From the NCBI GenBank assembly GCA_041655535.1, contig JBBAFH010000003.1, forward strand, positions 4,081 through 68,080: a stretch of DNA of 64,000 nucleotides, in the 5' to 3' direction. Below are positions 27,609 through 37,574 of this stretch, piece after piece; within the stretch, counting starts at the first letter, position 1, and each line of letters starts with the position of its first letter. This stretch comes from Bacilli bacterium. Its GTDB lineage: Bacteria > Bacillota_I > Bacilli_A > RF39 > UBA660. Under the pieces are notes generated by a model, which was not told where the DNA came from, did not search any database, and was given only the letters and a program-made list of their open reading frames with translations. Position numbers and translations under genes: made by a program.

Positions 27609-29231
27609 ATGGATAAAGTTTATGTGTTTGGACATAAAGTGCCAGATACCGATAGTGTAACATCAGCAATCGCACTAACAGAATTAAAAATTAAACAAGA
27701 GATGAATGCTTCACCAAGAGTACTTGGTGATATTAATTCAGAAACAAAATTTGTGCTTGATTATTTTGGTTTTCCACAACCAGAATATTTAAATGATGTT
27801 AAACTACAAATCAAAAATTTAGAATATCAAAAAAATTATTTTTTAAATATGTATGAATCAATTTATACAGCCTACAATTATATGAGTAACAACTCAATTA
27901 GTAATTTACCAATAATTGATGAGAATAAAAAACTAATTGGGATCATTTCAATGAAAGATATTGCGAAAGATCACATTAAAGGAGATATATATAAACTGCA
28001 TACTTCTTATGATAATATTATAGAAGCCTTAGATGGCGAAGAAATAACTCGGTTTGATGAAATAATTAACGGAAAAATTATTGTTCCTTCATATAGAAGT
28101 ACTACTTTTATAAATAAAATTAAAATTGATAACAATTCAGTACTTATTATGGGGGATCGTCATAGCATTCATGAATATGCTATTACCAATATGGCTAAAT
28201 TAATTATTCTTTCAAAAAATTCAATTATTCTCGATGAACATTTAGAAATAGCAAAAAAAAATGGAGTAAACATTATCAGAACTTCATATGATACATTTCA
28301 AGTTACCAGAATGATAAGTTTATGTAATTATGTTCATACAATTAGCAACAAAACTAACATTGTTTATTTTAATGAATTAGATACGGTTGAGGATTTTGAA
28401 GAAATTGCAACCAAGACTAAATATAGCAACTATCCCGTTCTTAATCAACAAAGACAATGTTTAGGTCTTATTCACATTTCAGACCTATCTGAAAAAAACA
28501 GGAAAAAAGTTATTTTAGTTGATCATAATGAAGAGCAACAGAGCGTTTTAGGAATTGAACAAGCAGAAATTTTAGAGATTGTTGATCATCATAAGATAGG
28601 GTCTATCGGAACGACACTACCTATCAATTTTAGAAACATGCCCGTTGGGAGTACTAATACAATTGTGTATCTTTTATACAAAGAAAATAACGTTGAAATT
28701 GATAAAAGCATTGCTGGGCTAATGCTTGCTGGAATTATTTCTGATACACTATTATTAAAATCCCCAACAACTACTCAAATAGATATAAATGTGTTAAATG
28801 AATTGGCGATAATTACAGAAATAGATGTTAATGATTTTGCAAAAAAAATGTTTGATGCGGCATCATCTTTAGATGGTAAAACAAAAGAAGAAATTATTTT
28901 TAGTGATTTTAAAAAATTTACAGTTAAAGATTATCAAGTAGGAATAGGTCAAATTTTTTCTACGAACCCATCTGTTATTAAAGATAATATAGAAGATTAT
29001 CTATCAATAATTGAAAAATCTTCAAAAGATGGAGATTATCATATTTTTGCTGTTTTTGTAACCGATATATTAAATCAAGGATCTTTTATTTTATATAGTC
29101 AAGGATCCAAATACTTACTTAGTGAATCGCTAAAAGTGACAAATTTAGAACAATGGTCATTTATAAAGGATTGTTTATCAAGAAAAAAACAGATTGTTCC
29201 AAGTATTATGAATTTTATAAAATCAAAATAA
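27609..29231 (+). CDS. ppaC: Family II (DHH) inorganic pyrophosphatase with a CBS/DRTGG insertion
   Basis: Start is ATG at 27609 (SD AAAGGAG). Contains FGHKVPDTDSVTSAIAL, a CBS pair (LPIIDENKKLIGIISMKDI), DHNE, DHHKIG, and the DHHA2 motif GIISDTLLLKSPTT. Confidence 0.85.
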   Translation: MDKVYVFGHKVPDTDSVTSAIALTELKIKQEMNASPRVLGDINSETKFVLDYFGFPQPEYLNDVKLQIKNLEYQKNYFLNMYESIYTAYNYMSNNSISNLPIIDENKKLIGIISMKDIAKDHIKGDIYKLHTSYDNIIEALDGEEITRFDEIINGKIIVPSYRSTTFINKIKIDNNSVLIMGDRHSIHEYAITNMAKLIILSKNSIILDEHLEIAKKNGVNIIRTSYDTFQVTRMISLCNYVHTISNKTNIVYFNELDTVEDFEEIATKTKYSNYPVLNQQRQCLGLIHISDLSEKNRKKVILVDHNEEQQSVLGIEQAEILEIVDHHKIGSIGTTLPINFRNMPVGSTNTIVYLLYKENNVEIDKSIAGLMLAGIISDTLLLKSPTTTQIDINVLNELAIITEIDVNDFAKKMFDAASSLDGKTKEEIIFSDFKKFTVKDYQVGIGQIFSTNPSVIKDNIEDYLSIIEKSSKDGDYHIFAVFVTDILNQGSFILYSQGSKYLLSESLKVTNLEQWSFIKDCLSRKKQIVPSIMNFIKSK

Positions 29232-29234
29232 AGA

Positions 29235-32200
29235 TTATATCTTATCGATATAATCTTTTTTTATTAATTCTAATAGTTCTATTAAATAATACACAAAATG
29301 TTTGTCAAGATTTAATGTATCAAGTGTTATTAATAATTTTTTCTTTCTTATTCCAAAACGAAACATTTTAGATATTTTGCTGACATCAATAAATAAATTT
29401 TGAATATTGATCTTTTCAACAATCTCTTTAGGAAGTTCAATTTCTATAAAATTTTTAGTTTGCTTAACTTTATTAATATTCATTTTTCTTGCTATATTCT
29501 CAAATAACTCCTCATGCATATAAACAAGTAGTTTTGTGTCAAGCGGACCAAAACGATCTTCAACCTCAGTTTTTACTTCGATTAATTTTTGTTGCGAATC
29601 TATCGTATTAATTTTAGAGTGTACCTCTATTTTTAATTCTTCTTCAAAAATATAATCATCACTAATGGTTGTATCAACTTCAATTAAAGGAAGTATCTCA
29701 TCATCAATCGGTTCTTCTAAAACTTCACCCTTTAATTTTTTTATTTCATTATCGAGCATATTTAAAAACATTTCGATACCAACCGTATCAATAAAACCTG
29801 CTTGTTCACTTCCCAAAATGTCTCCAGCTCCTCTAATTGATAAATCTCGCATAGCAATGGAAAAGCCACTGCCAAGTTCGGTAAAATCTTTAATAACATT
29901 TAATCTTTTAGTTGCAATTTCAGATAAAATTTTTCGATTATCGTACATTAAATAACAATATGCAATTTTATCACTTCTACCAACGCGCCCTCTAATTTGA
30001 TATAACTGTGACAATCCAAAACGATCAGCATCAACAATAATTAAAGTATTTACTCTTGGAATATCAATTCCTGTTTCAATAATCGTTGTACAAAGTAATA
30101 CATCATATTCATAATTATAAAAATCTATCATCACTTTCTCTAGTTCCTTTTTAGACATTTGACCATGTGCTGAAACAATTCTTATATCGGGCATTAATTT
30201 TTGTAATTCTGATTCTTTCAAAGACATATTTTGAATATTATTATATAAAATAAATACTTGACCATTACGAGACTTTTCTTTATAGATTGCATCTTTAATT
30301 AATAAGTTATTATAAGCCATTACATATGTTTGAACCGGATAGCGATTTATTGGTGGAGTTTGAATTAAAGACAAACTCCTAATACCAGTAAATGTCATTT
30401 GTAATGTTCTTGGAATTGGGGTTGCAGTTAATGTTAAAACATCAACGTCTGTTTTATATTTTTTTATTTTTTCTTTATGTTTAACACCAAACCGTTGCTC
30501 CTCATCAACGACTAGTAATCCTAAGTTGTTAAATATAATATCTTCACTTAAAATTCTATGTGTACCAATTAAAATATCTATTTTTCCGTCCTGAATTTCC
30601 TTAATTATCTTTTTGGTTTCCGAGGGTGTTACAAATCGATTTAATAAAACAATGTTAACTGCAAATGATTTAAATCTATCTATAGCATTATTATAATGTT
30701 GATTCGACAATATTGTTGTGGGACATAGAAATGCTACTTGCTTCCCTGATAACACAGCTTTAAACATTGCTCTAAAAGCAACCTCTGTTTTTCCAAAACC
30801 AACATCCCCACACAATAATCGATCCATTGGTATTGGCTTTTCCATATCTGCTTTAATTTCCTCAGTTACCTTTGTTTGATCGACAGTATCAGTAAATTTA
30901 AATTCTTTTTCAAACTCTAATTGCTCAACACTATCTTCATCAAACGCAAATCCTTTTGATGATTCTCGTTCTGCATATAACTTTAATAAAGATGCAGCTA
31001 TACTTTCGATTTTTTGTTTAACATGTAATTTTGTTTTAGCCCACTCAACGCTACCTAATTTATTCAGTTTCGGAACAGCATTCCCATTAGAAGAATATTT
31101 CTTTATGTTTTCAATTTTTTCAACCGGAACATATAGTTTATCCTTTCCACGGTATTGGATTAAAAGATAATCTTTATCAAATCCATTTTTACTTACTTTC
31201 GTCATTCCACAGTATTGACCAATACCGTGAGTTTCATGAACAATATAATCTCCTATATTGATTTTTTTTATATTTCTAATTTGAGTACCAATTTTAAATT
31301 TTGATTTATACTTTTGATTTGTGTTTCTTTTATTAAATATTTCATTATCGCTAATAACAATTAAATTCGGCAGTTCAAAACCATGATTTATTTTTTTGAT
31401 AATTATATTTATTTTTCCATCTATTATTTTATCAAGCGAAGAAAAAACAATTTCTTTGTTTTCTAATTCATCAATTAATTTGTTAGCTGCATATCTATCC
31501 GGCAAACAAATTATAATTTTTTCTTTAGTTAAAAGATATTTATTTAATTGGTTATTAATGATTTCGGGGGTATTACCGAATGGTTCAACATCCCTAGAAT
31601 TATAGACTAATCTGTTTTTTAAGTGATCTATATCGTTATCAAAATCTGTTAAATGAATAACATCTCTTTTAAGATTATATAGATCATGCATATAAGTAAT
31701 ATTTTTTAAGTCATTATTTTTTTGATAGTTAAATATTTCATTTTGCAATAATTTATATCCAACTTCTATTTCATTATAATTATTAATAATTACTTTTGGA
31801 TTATTTAAATAACTACTTATATTAACCGGTTTCATATATTTAATAAGTTCTTTTTGTGTTACAACGTCTATATCAATATCATCATTTACAATAAATTCGG
31901 TATTTGGATAAATCTTGATTTTATTTATTTCTTCGATAGTTTTTTGAGTATCCACATCAAAAAGTCTAATTGATTCGACTGTGTCTCCCCAAAATTCAAT
32001 TCGAACAGAATTTGTTTCATTAATAGGGAAAATATCCAATACAAATCCACGAACTGCCATTTCTCCTGTTTTATTAACCAAAATTTCTCTTTTATACCCT
32101 ATTCTATTACACACTTTTACAATTTCAGATATAGTGTAGTCTTTATTTACTTTAATGATTAATTTATTATCATCAAAAAGTTGTTTCGGAGGTAGAAATC

Positions 32201-32525
32201 TTAAATACCCCATTAGATTTGTTACAATTATTTTTTTATCATTATCTATTATTGCTTGAATTGTTTCTAATCTTGTGTTTTTTAATTCTGGACTTAAAGC
32301 AACAGCCTCACTAGTCAAAAAATCATCCATTGGGAACAGCAATACATCCTTTGTATAATTAAGTAAGGTTTGATACATAGTTGTGGCTTCATATAAAGAA
32401 TTAACTAAAAAAACAACAGATTCGTCTAGTTCAACAAATCTATTATATATGTATATACATTTTAATTCCTTATTTAAACCAATTACTATCTCGGTTTTAG
32501 GATCAATTGTTAGTGTTTTATTCAT
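29235..32525 (-). CDS. mfd: Transcription-repair coupling factor Mfd
   Basis: 1096 aa. Contains an RNAP-interaction domain, the helicase motifs GDVGFGKTEVA and DEEQRFGV, and a TRG region. Confidence 0.95.
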   Translation of the reverse strand: MNKTLTIDPKTEIVIGLNKELKCIYIYNRFVELDESVVFLVNSLYEATTMYQTLLNYTKDVLLFPMDDFLTSEAVALSPELKNTRLETIQAIIDNDKKIIVTNLMGYLRFLPPKQLFDDNKLIIKVNKDYTISEIVKVCNRIGYKREILVNKTGEMAVRGFVLDIFPINETNSVRIEFWGDTVESIRLFDVDTQKTIEEINKIKIYPNTEFIVNDDIDIDVVTQKELIKYMKPVNISSYLNNPKVIINNYNEIEVGYKLLQNEIFNYQKNNDLKNITYMHDLYNLKRDVIHLTDFDNDIDHLKNRLVYNSRDVEPFGNTPEIINNQLNKYLLTKEKIIICLPDRYAANKLIDELENKEIVFSSLDKIIDGKINIIIKKINHGFELPNLIVISDNEIFNKRNTNQKYKSKFKIGTQIRNIKKINIGDYIVHETHGIGQYCGMTKVSKNGFDKDYLLIQYRGKDKLYVPVEKIENIKKYSSNGNAVPKLNKLGSVEWAKTKLHVKQKIESIAASLLKLYAERESSKGFAFDEDSVEQLEFEKEFKFTDTVDQTKVTEEIKADMEKPIPMDRLLCGDVGFGKTEVAFRAMFKAVLSGKQVAFLCPTTILSNQHYNNAIDRFKSFAVNIVLLNRFVTPSETKKIIKEIQDGKIDILIGTHRILSEDIIFNNLGLLVVDEEQRFGVKHKEKIKKYKTDVDVLTLTATPIPRTLQMTFTGIRSLSLIQTPPINRYPVQTYVMAYNNLLIKDAIYKEKSRNGQVFILYNNIQNMSLKESELQKLMPDIRIVSAHGQMSKKELEKVMIDFYNYEYDVLLCTTIIETGIDIPRVNTLIIVDADRFGLSQLYQIRGRVGRSDKIAYCYLMYDNRKILSEIATKRLNVIKDFTELGSGFSIAMRDLSIRGAGDILGSEQAGFIDTVGIEMFLNMLDNEIKKLKGEVLEEPIDDEILPLIEVDTTISDDYIFEEELKIEVHSKINTIDSQQKLIEVKTEVEDRFGPLDTKLLVYMHEELFENIARKMNINKVKQTKNFIEIELPKEIVEKINIQNLFIDVSKISKMFRFGIRKKKLLITLDTLNLDKHFVYYLIELLELIKKDYIDKI

Positions 32526-32537
32526 ATAATCCCACCA

Positions 32538-33104
32538 TTAATTTTGTTTTTTATTATATTTATTCATTAAGTTATTAAATGATAATTTCAGAAAATCTTC
32601 AATTATTTTAGGGAAAATATTGATTATTTCATCTATTTTTTTAATATCGTCATTAGAAAATTTCCCGAGAACATAATTTCGAGTATCAATTAAACTATCC
32701 TTTGAGATTCCTATTTTCATTCTTTTATATTCGGAACTATTCAAATGTAGCTCAATATTTTTCAATCCATTATGACCGCCCGAACTTCCTTTGTATTTTA
32801 ATTTATATTCACCAACAGAAAAACTCATATCATCACAAATTACAAAAATGTCATCAATATCAACATTAAAATAATCAACAAAACTTTTAATGACTTCTCC
32901 TGACAAATTAATATATTTCATAGGTTTTAATAATATTATTTTTTCTCCATTGCAATTAAACTCACCATACACTCCATTAAATTTTTTTTTATTAACTAAT
33001 ATACCTTTTTCTTTAGCTAAAGCATCAATCATTATAAAACCAACGTTATGTCGTGTTGTTTCGTATTCCTTACCTGGATTTCCAAGTCCTACTATTAACT
33101 TCAT
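32538..33104 (-). CDS. pth: Peptidyl-tRNA hydrolase
   Basis: Contains MKLIVGLGNPGKEYETTRHNVGF and GGHNGLKNI. Confidence 0.95.
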   Translation of the reverse strand: MKLIVGLGNPGKEYETTRHNVGFIMIDALAKEKGILVNKKKFNGVYGEFNCNGEKIILLKPMKYINLSGEVIKSFVDYFNVDIDDIFVICDDMSFSVGEYKLKYKGSSGGHNGLKNIELHLNSSEYKRMKIGISKDSLIDTRNYVLGKFSNDDIKKIDEIINIFPKIIEDFLKLSFNNLMNKYNKKQN

Positions 33105-33116
33105 TTTCTTACCTCC

Positions 33117-33956
33117 TTAACTAATATTGTGATAAACTTTATATACTTCGTTCTTACTGATTTTACGATCTTGAGCTGTTTTTTTGATAGATTCTTTAAC
33201 ATCATATCCTTCTTTAATATACAAATTAACGTGTTCAATAATTGTTAAATTATCATAATTATTTTCTTTTTTATTCTTTTCAACAATTATAACTAACTCA
33301 CCCTTTACATTACTAACTTCTTCAATTATATTACTTATTCTTCCACGGTATACTTCCTCAAATTTTTTACTTATTTCCCTAGAAATACTAATTTTTCTGT
33401 TACCCAAAATTTGCATTATATTATTAAGTGTCTTTCCTACACGATGTGGCGATTCATAAAAAATTATTGTGTAATCTAAATTTTTCAAATTTTCTAATTC
33501 TTTTTTTCTTTTTTCTTCTTTGTTATTTAAAAAACCAAAAAACAAAAACGGTGATGGCTCTAATCCGGAAACTATTAAAGCTGGAATCAACGCGGTTGGC
33601 CCCGGTAAAGCAATAACATTATAATTATTGTCAATAGCTACTTTTACTAATTCATATCCTGGATCACTAATAACGGGTGTTCCCCTGTCGGTTACTATTC
33701 CTACATTTTTTCCATTTGTTAAGTATTCTAACATTTTATTATGATTATCTGTTTCATTATAATTATGATTAGATATTAATTTTTTAACAATATTTAAATG
33801 TTTTAATAATTTTACCGTTACTCTTGTATCCTCAGCAAAAATTACATCAACGTGCTCTAATATTTTTATGGTTCGTAGTGTTATATCATCCAAATTACCA
33901 ATTGGTGTTGGTATTAAATACAATGACGGACTATTATCATAACTTTTTTGTGACAT
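33117..33956 (-). CDS. rsmI: 16S rRNA (cytidine1402-2'-O)-methyltransferase RsmI
   Basis: Contains LYLIPTPIGNLDDITLR, AEDTR and DRGTPVISDPG. Confidence 0.93.
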   Translation of the reverse strand: MSQKSYDNSPSLYLIPTPIGNLDDITLRTIKILEHVDVIFAEDTRVTVKLLKHLNIVKKLISNHNYNETDNHNKMLEYLTNGKNVGIVTDRGTPVISDPGYELVKVAIDNNYNVIALPGPTALIPALIVSGLEPSPFLFFGFLNNKEEKRKKELENLKNLDYTIIFYESPHRVGKTLNNIMQILGNRKISISREISKKFEEVYRGRISNIIEEVSNVKGELVIIVEKNKKENNYDNLTIIEHVNLYIKEGYDVKESIKKTAQDRKISKNEVYKVYHNIS

Positions 33957-33965
33957 TCTATCCCT

Positions 33966-34685
33966 CTATTCAAAAAATTTTTTTATTTCTTCAGTATATT
34001 CTCCGTTTTCTTCATGAGTATAAATCGGTGGCAATACTTTTAAACCTTCTTTACCATTTTTACTTCCTTCTATTAATAAAATGTTGGAATTACTATTGCT
34101 TTTAGGATAAACAAATTGAATTTTTTTTGGTTCAATATTGTTTTTTTTCATAGCTTCAATGATTGAAACTAATCTTTCTGGACGATGAACAATGGCTATA
34201 ACACCATTATTTTTTAATAGTTTTTTACTGATTTTCATTATTTTATCAATATCAAGCGATACCTCATGACGAGCAACAGTTTTATATTCACTATCATTTA
34301 ACCTTGAATCTGGATTTACTCTAAAAAAAGGTGGATTGCATACAATCACATCAAATGTATCACTTTCTAAATTTAGGGCTAATTTATTTATATCATCATT
34401 AATTAATGTTATTTGAGCATTTAAGTTATTTATATCAACCGATTTTTGAGCCAAAGAAAAAACTTTTGGCTGAATTTCAACACCAGTTATATGAGCGGTT
34501 GTTTTTGTTGTTAAAATTATAGATATTGGAGCATTTCCACATCCAATATCTAGTATTTCTTTTGCTCTTGCATTAATTGTTACAAAGTTTGGTAATAAAA
34601 CAGAGTCTAAAGAAAAATTAAACATTGATGAATTTTGATAAATTTTAAGGTTTTTATATCCTAATAAATAATTAACAACATCCAT
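33966..34685 (-). CDS. tRNA (adenine37-N6)-methyltransferase, YabB/TrmN6-like
   Basis: SAM motif ILDIGCGNA plus the NPPF motif (VCNPPFF). Conserved position between yaaT and rsmI. Confidence 0.75.
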   Translation of the reverse strand: MDVVNYLLGYKNLKIYQNSSMFNFSLDSVLLPNFVTINARAKEILDIGCGNAPISIILTTKTTAHITGVEIQPKVFSLAQKSVDINNLNAQITLINDDINKLALNLESDTFDVIVCNPPFFRVNPDSRLNDSEYKTVARHEVSLDIDKIMKISKKLLKNNGVIAIVHRPERLVSIIEAMKKNNIEPKKIQFVYPKSNSNSNILLIEGSKNGKEGLKVLPPIYTHEENGEYTEEIKKFFE

Positions 34686-35469
34686 TTTTTGATTTTTCCA
34701 CTTCTACTATTCCAACTCCTGGAACATTTACTTTATATATTCCCTTTAATATTTCAAAAGAAACAACCACACCTTCACCACTATCCGTTTTTACTTTTTG
34801 GCCAATATTAGGCATGCATTTTCGACAATCACTATATGTTTGATCTTCATACTTTAAACAACATAATAATCTTCCACAAGATCCATTTATTTTTGTTGGA
34901 TTTAATGATAGATTTTGATTTTTAGCCATATTAATTGTTACGTTATCTAAACTATTTAAAAATTGTGAACAACATAAATTTCTACCACATTGTCCTAGAC
35001 CACCAATTTCTTTAGCTTTATCTCTAATACCGATTTGTCTTAATTCAATTCTGGTTTTATAAATATTTGCTAATTCTTTTGCTAGATTTCTAAAATCTAC
35101 TCGCGCATCAGCTAAAAAATAAAATTGAAGTTGATTACGATTAAAAGTAAAATTGGCATCAATTATTTTCATATTAAGACCATTTTTCTTTACTAACTTT
35201 TTGCAAACAACAATTGCTTCTCGAGCGTCATCAATATTTTTTTTGTGTTTCAAAGAATCACTTAATGATGAAACTTTTACAACTATATTTAATGGAGTTT
35301 TTATTTTAGATTCTTCAAGTTCAAATAAGTCAGTAGCAACTTTACCATATTGTAATCCTCGTTCTGTTTCAACAATTACTTCAACATCTTTACTTAGCAT
35401 AAGATTATTTGGTAAAAAGTAGTAAACCTTTCCACCTTCTTTTAATGTTACTCCTACAACTTTAATCAT
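34672..35469 (-). CDS. ricT: PSP1-domain protein YaaT/RicT
   Basis: Start is ATG at 35469 (SD GGAGGTG). Contains the Cys-rich motifs GQCGRNLCCSQF and GSCGRLLCCLKYE. Confidence 0.9.
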   Translation of the reverse strand: MIKVVGVTLKEGGKVYYFLPNNLMLSKDVEVIVETERGLQYGKVATDLFELEESKIKTPLNIVVKVSSLSDSLKHKKNIDDAREAIVVCKKLVKKNGLNMKIIDANFTFNRNQLQFYFLADARVDFRNLAKELANIYKTRIELRQIGIRDKAKEIGGLGQCGRNLCCSQFLNSLDNVTINMAKNQNLSLNPTKINGSCGRLLCCLKYEDQTYSDCRKCMPNIGQKVKTDSGEGVVVSFEILKGIYKVNVPGVGIVEVEKSKNGCC

Positions 35470-36424
35470 AATTATCACCTCCAAAATTAATAACTAACTT
35501 GTCCATTAATAGTTTGCTGTTTGCGTTATTTCTTATTTTTCGCTTTAGTTTTATTAAAACATCTATTTTATGACATATTTTGTTACTTGTAGTATTTTCA
35601 CATAATACTTTGATGTTTTCATTTATATCATTGAAAACATTTATTTTATTATTTACTTTGTAAGTTAACATGTCATTATAAAATAAAGTCATTATATCAA
35701 ACGCTACTATCATATCTGATTTATCTTTTACTTTTTCATGCCACATCTTATTTAAATATAATAATGTTTGGATTTTGTTTTTTTCATAGTGAGTTATAAA
35801 TTTTATAATGTTATCGATAAACTCATCACTATGTTCATTATCAATAAATTTATTCATTTCTGTTTTCTTATTGAAAAGATTCATAGCTATTTTTTCTTTA
35901 GTTGACAAGCTGTCATCAGTTGTTTTTTTATCATCCAGCAATCTTATATTAAGACATCGTGATGTTATTGTTTCAAGCAATTGATATTTATTATCAGTTA
36001 TGAGTATTGCAATTATATCATTTTCTGGTTCTTCTAAAAATTTTAATATAGAATTAGATGACTGTGTATTTAATTTTTCACAATTATTTATTATATATAT
36101 TCGTTTGTTTCCATCAATTGATTTGTTACTTAATTCTTTTTGAAGCGTTTCAACAACTTCCTTTTTAATAATAATACTTTCTGAATCTATTAAAATTAGG
36201 TTATTATAGGTTCCATTATTTATTTGATTAATAATATTATCTTTTATTTTATCGTCACTTACATCTTTTAAAATAATTTTTTTAGCAAAAGCAATAGCAA
36301 AATCCATCGTTTTCGAATAATTATTAGAGATTAATAAGTAGGCATGAGATATGTTTTGTTTTTTTATAGTATTGTTTAATATTTGATATGCAATTGGCTG
36401 TTCTTCCCTATACTGGCTAAACAT
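35462..36424 (-). CDS. holB: DNA polymerase III delta' subunit
   Basis: 320 aa. AAA+-like N-terminus (ISHAYLL), LKFLEEP, and SRC (TITSRC). Confidence 0.8.
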   Translation of the reverse strand: MFSQYREEQPIAYQILNNTIKKQNISHAYLLISNNYSKTMDFAIAFAKKIILKDVSDDKIKDNIINQINNGTYNNLILIDSESIIIKKEVVETLQKELSNKSIDGNKRIYIINNCEKLNTQSSNSILKFLEEPENDIIAILITDNKYQLLETITSRCLNIRLLDDKKTTDDSLSTKEKIAMNLFNKKTEMNKFIDNEHSDEFIDNIIKFITHYEKNKIQTLLYLNKMWHEKVKDKSDMIVAFDIMTLFYNDMLTYKVNNKINVFNDINENIKVLCENTTSNKICHKIDVLIKLKRKIRNNANSKLLMDKLVINFGGDNYD

Positions 36425-36436
36425 TTCTATACCTCC

Positions 36437-36625
36437 TTAAAAAACTAACGTCAAAATAATTATTAGCGAAATTAATGATGGAAATCCTAATAGCATCACT
36501 AAACTAACTGTCACTAAATTTAATGGAATTATTAAATTTAATGGTGCTGCTATCATATTATAACCATAAATTAAAAACGAACTATATATTACCTTTTTTA
36601 TTACTGAGATCATTTTTTTTAACAT
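36437..36625 (-). CDS. bofA: BofA-family small membrane protein (pro-sigma-K processing inhibitor-like)
   Basis: 62 aa with two TM segments. PLNLIIPLNLVTVSLVMLLGFPSLISLIIIL parallels the BofA C-terminal region. Located next to recR, as in Bacillus. Confidence 0.6.
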   Translation of the reverse strand: MLKKMISVIKKVIYSSFLIYGYNMIAAPLNLIIPLNLVTVSLVMLLGFPSLISLIIILTLVF

Positions 36626-36664
36626 AATTATCCTCCTTATTAAATTTATGAGGATAATTAATTA

Positions 36665-37264
36665 TTATGAAACTTCTTTACGATCTTCAATAGCTTTTTC
36701 TAGCGTTAGATAATCTACATAATCCATATCTGCACCATGAGGGATGCCTTGGGCAATTTTTGTTATTTTAACTCCTGTTGACTCTAACATTTTTGTAATA
36801 TATAAAGTAGTTGTTTCTCCCTCGATGCTTTGTTTTAAAACAATAATCACTTCTTCTATGCTATTGCTAATAATACGTTCTTTAAGAGTTGAAAGATTAA
36901 TGTCGGAAGGATTAATTCCATCTAATGGTGATATTAAGTTATCTATAATATGATATTGTCCGTTGTACACGTTAGATTTTTCTAACATAATAGTATTTTT
37001 AGGTTCCTGAACAATACAAATTATTTGTTTGTTTCTTGTTTCATCTAAACAAATATCGCATTTTTCATTTTCTGTTAGATTGTTGCAAACAACACATCTT
37101 TTTATTTTTGTTTTTATATCACATAAACTTTTAGAAAATAAATTAGTAACGTCATCATCTAATTTTAATGTTGCCAAAGCGAGTCTTTCAGCGGTCTTTT
37201 CTCCAATTCCTGGGAGTTTTTTAAAACACTCGATCATGTTTCTAATTGTTGTTGGATAATTCAT
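36665..37264 (-). CDS. recR: Recombination protein RecR
   Basis: Contains the HhH motif LPGIGEKTAERLA, the zinc finger CVVCNNLTENEKCDIC, and a Toprim domain. Confidence 0.95.
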   Translation of the reverse strand: MNYPTTIRNMIECFKKLPGIGEKTAERLALATLKLDDDVTNLFSKSLCDIKTKIKRCVVCNNLTENEKCDICLDETRNKQIICIVQEPKNTIMLEKSNVYNGQYHIIDNLISPLDGINPSDINLSTLKERIISNSIEEVIIVLKQSIEGETTTLYITKMLESTGVKITKIAQGIPHGADMDYVDYLTLEKAIEDRKEVS

Positions 37265-37560
37265 TAAAATAAACCTGGCATTCCTTGAGTATATTTACCT
37301 AATTTTTGTTCTGTTGTTTTTTCAATTTGACTTATAACATCATTTATTGCTACAACAAGCATGTCTTCTAACATCTCAACATCTTCTTTAGAAATTTCTT
37401 CTGCATCTATTTTTACATTTAATAATTCCTTGTTACCCTTCATTTCAACAGTAACGATTGATGTCTTTGACAAAAAAATAGTACCATCAATTTTTTCTTT
37501 TTCAATCATCATCTCTTTTTGGATTTTTTGAACTTGTTTCATCATGTTTTGCATATTCAT
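37264..37560 (-). CDS. ybaB: Nucleoid-associated protein YbaB/EbfC
   Basis: 98 aa. Contains MMKQVQKIQKEM and the C-terminal GMPGLF. Located between dnaX and recR. Confidence 0.9.
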   Translation of the reverse strand: MNMQNMMKQVQKIQKEMMIEKEKIDGTIFLSKTSIVTVEMKGNKELLNVKIDAEEISKEDVEMLEDMLVVAINDVISQIEKTTEQKLGKYTQGMPGLF

Positions 37561-37574
37561 TCTTATTCCTCTTT